64,000 nucleotides of DNA from Basidiobolus meristosporus CBS 931.73 (lineage: Eukaryota; Fungi; Basidiobolomycota): contig MCFE01000221.1 of NCBI GenBank assembly GCA_002104905.1, forward strand, positions 59,783 through 123,782, read 5' to 3'. Both the position numbers and the translations under genes were made by a program. The notes under the pieces are model-generated. The model worked only from the letters and a program-made list of their open reading frames with translations, searched no databases and was not told where the DNA came from. Position 1 is the first letter of the stretch, and every line of letters begins with the position of its first letter. This document shows positions 51,946-61,769 of this stretch, one piece after another.

Positions 51946-53152
51946 ACTTCGGTTGATAGCAATATTTCTTTGTTGTCTACTCAACAGAGCCTCTGTCTAG
52001 GTATATTCTAAGTTTTTGGAAATCAAAAGTGGAATCAAAGAAAATCTCAGATTTACTGAAGCGAAATGGAAGTATGTTTATGTAGACGGCGCTGACAACC
52101 CTAATTTATATAACCAGCGGCAGCACATCACTGTGTTTGTTGTTCCCGAGTACATATAGACTTTCTATGCCATAACCTCGTGGTAAAATAGAATGAGAAA
52201 CGGTCAAGTGTGTTTGAATGTATGAGAATCACTTACTATACATATGGTGACTCCCTTAACCTCAGGTACCCCTTACACACCGATGTGTTTAGAACATCCA
52301 ATGATGCTTACGAGGTGATGTCGATCACAAGTTTTGGCCATGAATTTAGTTGACATAGTCAGGTACGTTAAATTTTTTTGCCATTTGCCTGGCTCCTCCT
52401 TCTCATGATTTGACGCAATTTGACCATTGTAACCCGAAGGGAGACTGTTATGCACCTGAATAAATAATATCTGATCAGCAATGCATCGTGTTTATCGCTA
52501 ATGAAGGGGTTGAATACAATGATGGATATGTCACTTCTAGCTTGTTTAAGGGGGATTGACAATCTGAGTTGAATCCCGACTTAGAGTGCAATCCTGATGT
52601 TACCTGCCATATCCTATGTGTTCTATACCAAGTATATATATGGTAGGCGTGGATATGGAAGTCATTGCGTGGAACTGACTTCAATAAGCTAGTGTTACTT
52701 GCTTTCTCAGTGACTGGCAAACAAATTTTATCAAACATGCAGAGCCACAAACAACATGCTATGAGCAACCCCTACCTAGAGTCGATCTAAACCGAGGGGA
52801 ATTGATACTAGTCTGTGATCAGATATCACCGAAGCTAGTGAATTTCATCAGCCCTAAACATGCCCACGTTTTCTCACAGAGGGGAACATATATTAGTTTG
52901 ACGCCTCTTACCACAAGGTGGAACCCTGTCACTGGAATTCTATAAATTACTGCCAGTATTGTATCTCCGATCACTATCAAGAAGCTCTCAAAAGCGCTTT
53001 GGAGTTTAGAGATATTCGTTTTAAGAAACTTTCTCTGTTGATTATATCCATAACAATAGATATTATTAGTACCCATTTTGATTAGACTTCCCGTATACAG
53101 TAGCATATATCTTACAATACCAATATTCATATAGACATAAGCACTTTAAGCT

Positions 53153-54980
53153 ATGAAATCTTTCGCATCTACTCGCTCTATTCGTTACTGCCACAGCTCT
53201 GGTTAGAGGTGCTGTCGTAGAGAACAACGCAAACAACAATGGATTCCAAATAGCCGAGTTCAACGAGAACCTGGAGGCTCGTGCTTACCGACCAAAGCCC
53301 AACCCATCGCCATCGGTCATCCCAGTCCCTGGACCCCCAGGCAAAGATGGAAAGGATGGAAAGGATGGGAAAGATGGCAAGGATGGCCTAAATGGGAAAG
53401 ACGGCAAGGATGGCAAGGATGGTCTAGACGGGAAGGACGGCAAGGACGGCAAGGATGGCAAGGACGGTAAAGATGGCAAGGATGGCAAGGATGGAAAAGA
53501 CGGCAAGGATGGCAAGGATGGCAAAGATGGCAAAGACGGCAAGGCTGCACTGATGGCCAGAGCTTACAGAAAGCCGGATCCTTCACCTACGGTGATTCCT
53601 GTTCCCGGACCACCCGGCAAGGATGGGAAGGACGGAAAGGATGGCAAGGACGGTAAAGACGGTCTGAATGGCAAGGACGGCAAGGACGGTAAAGATGGAA
53701 AGGACGGCAAAGACGGCAAGGATGGCTTGAATGGCAAGGACGGAAAGGACGGCAAAGATGGCAAGGATGGAAAGGATGGGAAAGATGGCAAGGATGGAAA
53801 GGACGGGAAAGATGGCAAAGCAGCCTTAGCCAGTAATCAGCAAATCCAAAGCCACCCCGAAGCAGAATCTGAAGGCCATATGATTGCCAGAGCCTACAGA
53901 AAGCCTGCCCCCTCACCTTCACCTTCTTTCACTCCCGTTCCCGGACCTCCTGGTAAGGATGGAAAGGACGGTAAAGATGGCAAAGATGGTAAAGACGGCC
54001 TGAATGGCAAAGACGGCAAGGATGGAAAGGATGGCAAAGACGGAAAGGACGGGAAAGATGGGAAGGACGGAAAGGATGGCCTCGATGGCAAAGATGGTAA
54101 AGATGGCAAGGACGGCAAGGATGGCAAGGACGGTAAAGATGGTAAGGACGGCAAGGCTGCGCTAATGGCCAGAGCTTACAGAAAACCCGAACCTTCACCC
54201 ACAGTCATTCCCGTTCCTGGACCTCCTGGTAAGGATGGAAAGGACGGAAAGGACGGGAAGAATGGCAAAGACGGCCTGAATGGTAAAGACGGCAAGGATG
54301 GAAAGGATGGCAAAGACGGAAAAGATGGCAAGGACGGCAAGGATGGAAAAGATGGCAAAGACGGCCTTGATGGCAAGGACGGCAAAGATGGAAAAGATGG
54401 CAAGGACGGCAAAGATGGAAAAGATGGCAAGGCCGCACTAGTTGCTCGAAGCGTACACGCCCAGGAGGAGGCACTTGAAGACTCGCACCTGATTGCCAGA
54501 GTCTACAGAAGGCCTGCCCCCTCACCTTTACCTTCTTTTACTCCCGTTCCCGGACCTCCTGGTAAGGATGGAAAGGACGGAAAGGATGGTAAGGATGGCA
54601 AAGACGGCCTGAATGGTAAAGACGGCAAGGATGGAAAGGATGGCAAAGACGGAAAAGATGGCAAGGACGGCAAGGATGGAAAAGATGGCAAAGACGGCCT
54701 TGATGGCAAGGACGGCAAAGATGGCAAAGATGGCAAGGACGGAAAAGATGGCAAGGATGGCAAGGCCGCACTAGTTGCTCGCAGCGTACACGCTCAGGAG
54801 GAGGCACTCGAAGACTCACACTTGATTGCCAGGGCCAAGGTCCACCACCGCAAGCCTAAATATGGCAACAACGACAAGTATGGACACAAGCTCAAGCAAG
54901 CCGATGACGGTAGCTCCTGTGAAGAGCCTATCCGCATCCCCATTCAGAGTATCAACGACTCCATCACCATCTGCCTCTAA
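53153..54980 (+). CDS. Secreted (Gly-Lys-Asp)n collagen-like repeat protein, copy B (5 modules; 1-nt insertion near 53168)
   Basis: Inverted, near-identical 5' and 3' ends relative to copy A. An extra C in the signal-peptide region (gcatctactc vs gcattactc) shifts the frame. Confidence 0.8.
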
Positions 54981-55650
54981 GCATGGAATGTATTGATGCT
55001 TACCAAAGAGCGCGTAGTCATAGTTGTAGTTATGACAGAATACCCATAAATGTCACAATTTAGTGCATATTATAGTTAACAAAGAAAATAGAGAAATATT
55101 CCCAAATCGAAGAGTTTATGCCAGCATAATTGAATAAAGTCCATGGCAAACGTAATGGGAAATTGTAAATGGTTTATCGGTAACGAAATTGGCAACCGGA
55201 TTGACCAATGAATGCGTGGGTCACGGATAATCTTGGATGGGATTAAAGCTGCCCAAACCCTGGTAGTGAAGATATCTACCATATTTGGAATGCACATATT
55301 TATAGCACACTTCCTATATTCGTATTTGGAGTTTCTTCATCCGCATTTTCCAGGAGAATGGGTAATTCGGTCTATGAACCAAATCAGCCAAGATACGTGG
55401 TTTTTATTCTAAATATAAATCTGTTTTCTATTCTAAATCTAACCAAATCCACTTGGAAATCCAATTTCTTGTCGCGATTGGAAATCTGGAAAACCTGGAC
55501 TATTGTTCTTATTTTGTAACTGTTATCTACATATGTCAAGAATTTTTCTGATAAATTACTTATTAGCATAGGTTTGCCTAGGTGCTTTTATTTTCTCTCT
55601 ACCTTGGTGTCTCTTCACGCCCAACCTTTATTGCTCTGTGCAACAATACA

Positions 55651-56941
55651 ATGGGAAATCCTGGTCAATTCACTGATCTTTGCCATCAATATGCATTTCC
55701 CATATGCCCCTTAGTTGGTCCACAACCCGACGGTTTGGAGCCTCTATGCACCCCACGTAACCTGGACATTGGAGGAACGTTGTTTCTGGAGCCTGGTATA
55801 TTTCGTTTGCTCCTCTATTGTCTACGTTCCAGCTTCTTACCAACGTCTTTCAGGTGCTCTAATCATGGATATAGCTTCCATGGGTATGGCGGCAATCATG
55901 GCCTACAACGTATATCTAAAATATACTGCTGTTGGTACGTCCATATCAATGTCAGGATCAGTATTGCAAGCAGACTGCTAACCTCACTCTATTCCAGGCC
56001 GCAAGGAGATGCTCGTATTTCTTTACCTATACTTCTTCACCGCTGTATTTGACTTCATCATGATGTCAGGCCTAATCCCTGCATCAAATGCTAGTTACAA
56101 GGTATTTTCCCTGCGTCGTTTGTTGTCCACAAAATCACCACTCACACTCTGGATCTCAGTACATCGCAGCCATTCATTTTTCGCTAATTTCCACAACAAT
56201 CTGGGCTCTATTGGTGAACGGATTTGTTGGATTTCAGTTTGCTGAGGATGGCTCAAGATTGTCCCTCTGGGTAAGCACCAATCAGCTTCAATGAATATAA
56301 GGTTTCATTGGATTAATCCACGTCTAGACCCTCAAGATATCCTCTTTTGCCTTGTTTGCTGCCGTCTACATCACAGCTATTGGAACCTTCTTAGGCTGGT
56401 CTGACGGATACAGCCCCACCAAACCCTACGCGTTGTGGGCGATCTACTGGGTCTTCAACCCTGTTGCTGTCTTTCTCTATTTCGTGTTACAAGTGGTGCT
56501 TGTTGTGAGAACATTGCAAGAGCGCTGGGCGTTAGGTAAACACCATAGCCGCTCGCATTATTTATGGTTCAAACTAACTGACCCCAACCTACAGGTGACT
56601 TGATTCTTGCCCTGGTATCATTTGTCGCAGCAAACGTGATCTCCAGTTGGGTTTCCAAGGTGATCTGTACAAACACAAACCATTACCTGGATGGTCCATT
56701 CTTTACTGTGATATTCAACATGTTTGCCGTCATGATGGTTTACAAGTATTGGGATTCAATTACCAAGGAGGATCTGGAATACTCCTACGGGGATAACATA
56801 TATAATTGGGAGGTACAAGAATTGCTTGGTGCCGAGGACGACTCGGATTTCCAGTATGAGTTTGATGGCTCAAGTACTGGGGGATCCAGTATCAGAGGTC
56901 AATCGCCTTTGCGAACTGCTTCTAGAGACCGATTCCTCTAA
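55651..56941 (+). CDS. CHS7: Chitin synthase export chaperone
   Basis: FTDLC...PICPLVG...PLCTPRN, KYTAVGRKEM, LLVNGFVGFQFAEDG and MMVYKYWDSITKEDLE; multi-TM with several introns. Confidence 0.93.
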
Positions 56942-57575
56942 AATCCCATGCATCACATATCATTACGCATCATCTTCACTTCCATGCTGTACGTGCACCT
57001 GAATATTCCCTTCCTTCCATGTCGAGCATTCGGTCCTTGGAATTTTGTAGATTTTTTAAATTTCTTATTAAACAATAGATAATTCTACGTTCAGTCGGGG
57101 TTTAAATTTCCCTGTGGAATATTCCATTGGTTCAGCGTGGCGTAAAGATGTAAACATGCATTGAGGGTAGATTCTATTTTCCGGGCTGGATGCTGGACGT
57201 AATCGGTGCTGAACGGTGTGCTACCAATGTAACGTATCGACCTTCATGGAAAGTTGCCGAAGTCCTGTATTCACGAGTCGCCAACATTTTGCTTCTCACA
57301 AATATGAAGATCATGCCAACAATAGTAAACGTCCATTCGATTCACTTCTGACTAGAGCTTATTTACTGATGTTGCATTCAGAATTAATGATATTTATGAC
57401 ACATTTAACAATAGAACACATGTTAGACGGGTACAACACTATGGTACATAAGATATGCCAAACGGGAGGATCTTCAGTGGCAATTGCTCTGGAACTCTGA
57501 GGGTATCGCAATACCAGACAAAAATGAAGCATACACTGTTGGCAGAACAAGTCAAATAGTGAGCTTGCGTTTTCA

Positions 57576-58529
57576 TTAGATGATAGTGGAATTCTTTTTA
57601 ATAATACAGATAACTTGCTCCTCGTTTGCACTCCACATATCCGCCCCCTGAGCTATCTTTATGCCATCCTTGGGCTTTAGCACCATACTGAGCGCGTGCT
57701 CAAGCTTCCTCAAGTCGAATGGTTCGTCGTTGGCCTCAATCAACTCGCCAACCAAACTCATGGCTGCCAGATCATAAATACTATCGCCGTAGAATTGGCT
57801 GTTGCAAACAACCGAATTCATGGTGATATTGTCCTGAGGGTTGAGTGATTTCAATAACTTGAGAACCCCCTGCTCCTTCAAGACTTTGTTCCGAGCTCGA
57901 TAGAGCCTGGCAAGATTCACATGGTGCTGCTTCTTCCCAAAAGCGTCGAAGTAGCTGAGGGCTACCTTTCCGGCATATGCTTGCTCCAAGTCGGCGTATA
58001 CCAAAAATATGCTGCTCCCATCCGCTAGCAAATCATAGAGCTTGACAATAAAGTCCTGCAGTTCAGCCTCTGGGTTAGGGTTTTCTGACGTGAAGTCTGT
58101 CAAGTGGTATATCATGTGAATACATAGAATACAGTCGACAGGATTTGCTCTATCCCTGATCTTCAGATACTCTTGCACGGTACTGGAGCTAACTTCTCCC
58201 TTTTGGATGTTGTACCGGCGCAGGCGCTCCGCATACTCGTTCAATAACGCAAGGTTGGGCTCTTCCAGGTGAAAAGTGGTGCCCTGAACAAATGGGTGTA
58301 TCTCATCTAGGATTTCCCCGGCTCCTGCACCTAGGTCCAAGATCTCTTTTTTGTTCTTCACCTCTTCGAGCAAGTACGGGATGAATAGCTTCCGTTGGTC
58401 ATTACCAATAATGTAGCCAGTCAGTTCATCCCGTCGCATTACTCTGTTGGTAAAGGCCTTGATGTACGCTTCATTGTTCGTGGTATTGGTGAATTCGTCC
58501 AGCAGCTGTGTCTCCGTAATAACCGTCAT
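57576..58529 (-). CDS. Class I SAM-dependent methyltransferase, intronless
   Basis: 317-aa ORF with motif I ILDLGAGAGE, acidic post-I LEEPN and DCILCIHMIYH. Substrate unknown. Confidence 0.75.
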   Translation of the reverse strand: MTVITETQLLDEFTNTTNNEAYIKAFTNRVMRRDELTGYIIGNDQRKLFIPYLLEEVKNKKEILDLGAGAGEILDEIHPFVQGTTFHLEEPNLALLNEYAERLRRYNIQKGEVSSSTVQEYLKIRDRANPVDCILCIHMIYHLTDFTSENPNPEAELQDFIVKLYDLLADGSSIFLVYADLEQAYAGKVALSYFDAFGKKQHHVNLARLYRARNKVLKEQGVLKLLKSLNPQDNITMNSVVCNSQFYGDSIYDLAAMSLVGELIEANDEPFDLRKLEHALSMVLKPKDGIKIAQGADMWSANEEQVICIIKKNSTII

Positions 58530-59284
58530 TTCCGCAACTGTCGATGCGCCATCAGCTCACCTTATATTTCACTCTGATGTGGTACTGACCCAATCAATTG
58601 GTTCCAACCATACTGACTACGAGGGTTAATGATATAATGCAGCGGCTCTAATTGGAAGAAGTCAATAGGCCAACTAATGCATACTCCGATTTGCATGTAG
58701 TCCACCAATACTGCTGAAGTGCCCTTTTCATTTATCTTCATGTGCTAACCTCCATTGACTAATGACAATAGATCATTTGTATCACTAGCAAGTGTGAATC
58801 ATGTGTAACGTTTCGTTCCAATTTCTATAGGCAGAACGGAGTTCGTTTCACATTTGGTTTGAGATGGGATTATCACTAAGAAACCATATATATACCCTAT
58901 TAAGTGATGAAAAACCAGTGGCTGGGTGCAAAATTAATATTCGATTCCGTGTAGTTTACATAATATTGAATTGACTCTAGCACTCAATGTTATTTCCTGT
59001 CTCGACATCAGTGACGTCAAGTTAATTGGTCACTTGCCAAAATACCACTCAACTTCCTTATGAATTTGCATTCAAAAAACGCCTCGTTGTAGCTATTCTA
59101 TTTGGTGAATACACCAGGGAGGAGTATAGGTGAAGGTATCCATTTCAAAAGCTATATATGGAAAACAATTTACTGAGCTATTTTGTTAAACGCTGCAAGC
59201 TCAAGTTAGTATGAGCATCAGAAGGCTTCCAAGCTTTTAACACTTATTTCTAATTATAAGCCACATAGTTTGGTGGAATTGTAG

Positions 59285-59918
59285 GGAGTAATATGTGGTT
59301 TTCATTAATGATCTATTGAATGTAAAAGTAGTATTTATACTCTTTTTAGTTCTGGCAAACCAGACTCCTAAAATATGCTACAATGGCCCCAACAGCCTGT
59401 GTGCAAAGTTTGGGGCTGTTTGGACAACTTTGAGACAATTCATGTTCTGGGTCCCTTATATTTTGGTTAAAATATCACAAGTCCCAACATGAAATTTGTC
59501 CAGAATTCTCTTGGATTTGTGGGCAAAGACCTAAGTGACTAAGTTGGGTAAATATTTAGATTTAACTACAAAATATATTACAGTCCTGATTAAGATCTAA
59601 GATATTCAAATTTTTATGTAGCTAATGACTTGATAAATATGTCTGCAAACACTTCATCTGTAGGACAGTCAGCTAAATAAATTTAGTTACTCTTTGTAGC
59701 TTCCCATTGAAAGGATGTCTAATATTTATGTGTTTAATTCTAAAATGAAAAGCTGGATATCTACCTAATTGTAACATGCTCTGATCTCAAATAATGTAGT
59801 AGGGGATTCTTTATTGTCAGTGTTCTGAAGATATTGGAAGTGATTGGAAGAACAAGCATATGATATGGTCTTCACTTGGTGATTTATTCAATGCAAAAGT
59901 AGAATGTATACTTTACAC
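59285..59918 (-). mobile_element. Older decayed copia ends (LTR fragment, RNase H 3' fragment, second LTR fragment)
   Basis: 59285-59582 and 59827-59918 resemble the LTR at 59932-60280. 59590-59810 resembles 60320-60550. Confidence 0.7.
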
Positions 59919-59931
59919 AGCTCAGGCAAAA

Positions 59932-61120
59932 TGTCTTGTAGGAATCTTGGTGCTATTGGAAGTGATGGGGAGAACAAGTAGATTATGTGGTTTTCACTTA
60001 ATGATGTACTGAATGGAAAAGTATTATTTATACTTTTACATGGTCTTGGCATAGAAAACACAAAAAATAGGTTTATGGAGGTCCCAAGAACATGTGTGCA
60101 AAGTTTGGGGCTGTTTGCATAACTTTGAGAATTTTCATGTTCTGGGTACCTTGTATTTTGGTGTAATATTCTAAGTAAATCCCAACAAGGAATTTGGTCA
60201 GTATTCTCTAGGATTTGAGGGTAATGATCAAGTGACTAAGCTAGATGAATACTTAGGTGGAATTACAATCATTTACAACACCCCCACTCAGCTAAATGTT
60301 CATACTAACTAGTCCTAATTTTGACCTAAGATATTCAAACTTGTCTCTAGCTAATGGTTTGGTAAATATGTCTGCAATCATTTCATCTGAAGGACAGTAA
60401 ACTAAGCTAACCAAGTTATTCTCTATAGCTTCATGTATGAAATGATATCTAATATCTATATGCTTGGTTCTAGCATCAAAAGTTGGATTTCTACCTAATT
60501 GTATACACCCTTGATTATCTTGAAATAAAGTAATAGGCATTTTGTGATATAGGCCTAAACCTGTAAAAAGCTTTCTTAACCACAGTGCTTCTTTTGTAGC
60601 TTCACAGGCTGCCACATACTCTGCCTCTGTGGTAGAAAGGGCTATGATTGGTTGCTTTCTTGAGTTCCATGAAATTGTTCCTTTACAGTAAAGAAAGGTG
60701 CATCTTGTGGTGGATCTTCTGTCTTCCAAATTTTGTCCCCAATCAGCATCAGAGTATCCCACAAGATCCTGTTCTGAGTCCTTATAAGAGTATCCTTAGC
60801 ATAAACCAGCAGTTCCTTTTAGGTATTTGAAAATCTTCTCAACTGCTGCAATATGATCAGATCCATAGTTCTATTATGCTTGCTGACAACTCCCACTGAA
60901 TATGAGATATCTGGACATGCTCCAAGCATGATATACATCAGACTGCTAGCCATAGATTGATAAGGAAAGTCAGGGCTTTCAGATGGCACCAAGCTCTCTT
61001 GTTTGGTTGAGCTTTGACCAAGTTAAGGCTTGTCTCCATTGGGGTAGCTGCCAGTTTACAGTCTCTCATTTGGTACTTCTTGAGTATATCTTGAATATAC
61101 TTGGATTGGCTTAGGGTAAT
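59932..61120 (-). mobile_element. Ty1/copia 3' end: RT/RNase H fragments, PPT (60281-60290) and 349-bp 3' LTR (59932-60280); truncated at ~61120
   Basis: ITLSQSKYIQDILKKYQM..CK..TPM, GYSDADWG, KQPIIALSTTEAEY and TKHIDIRYHFI. PPT TGAGTGGGGG is followed by TGTTGTAA. Confidence 0.92.
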
Positions 61121-61211
61121 AGGGGGGGAGACAGTCACCAACAGGTGAAATCTTTATTTCAGTTGAAACAAAGAAGCCAGCGTTACTGTTGTAGCTTTGA
61201 TACAAGAGTGT
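61120..61211 (-). mobile_element. Telomeric non-LTR element family A, ~90-bp 3' fragment (A1)
   Basis: Identical to 61771-61861 except for one base, which swaps the stop codon TAG to TAA. Confidence 0.9.
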
Positions 61212-61620
61212 AGGGTAGGGGGAGGGAAAGTCACCAAAGTAGGTGAAATCTTTATTTGATTTCAGACAAGTCTAACTACAAATAAAGAAGCCAGCTGGGA
61301 ATAGAAGATTCCCAAAGTAAACACCAAGTTGAATATGAATAAATCTAAGCTAAAGTTAAGGCAGTATCCCAGAGTACACTGGAGTTCAGGTTCAAGGGGG
61401 AGTGAAGTAGATAAGCTTGAGAGATATAATAATCTTTTAAGAAGTGGGTAACAGCAGGTGAAGGGGAGTTTTTGATAAGTGAAGTCAATCTTGAGATCAG
61501 AGATTCCTCTAATGAGAAGGTCTTGTAAACTAGAGAATCAGGAAACTCTTTAAAGGCATGGTCAATAGGTTCCCAGTAAAACTGGTCAGAGACATTTTGA
61601 GAGAATTCTTTAGCAATACT
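61212..61620 (-). mobile_element. Telomeric element family B, ~410-bp 3' fragment (B1) with a 91-codon ORF tail (61345-61620)
   Basis: Minus frame SIAKEFSQNVSDQFYWEPIDHAF...LWDTALTLA* is open up to the truncation point. 3'-terminal motifs are shared with family A. Confidence 0.8.
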
Positions 61621-61768
61621 TTAGGGGAGGGAAAGTCACCATGGTAGGTGAAATCTTTATTTGATTTCAGACAAGTCTAACTACAAATAAAGAAGCCAGC
61701 TGGGAATAGAAGATTCCCAAAGTAAATACTAAGTTGAATATGAATAAATCTAAGCTAAAGTTAAGGCA
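61621..61768 (-). mobile_element. Telomeric element family B, ~150-bp 3' fragment (B2)
   Basis: Near-identical to 61216-61362 with a few substitutions; starts TTAGGGG. Confidence 0.88.
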
Positions 61769-61769
61769 C

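Noticed and set aside
49558-54819. Many overlapping ORFs such as PSLPSFPS..., CHPCRPC... and MARTVKT...
   Set aside because: They are antisense or out-of-frame shadows of the GKD codon repeats.
49397-54980. CRISPR-like regular repeat pattern
   Set aside because: The repeats are in-frame coding modules with no unique spacers, no cas genes are present, and the context is eukaryotic.
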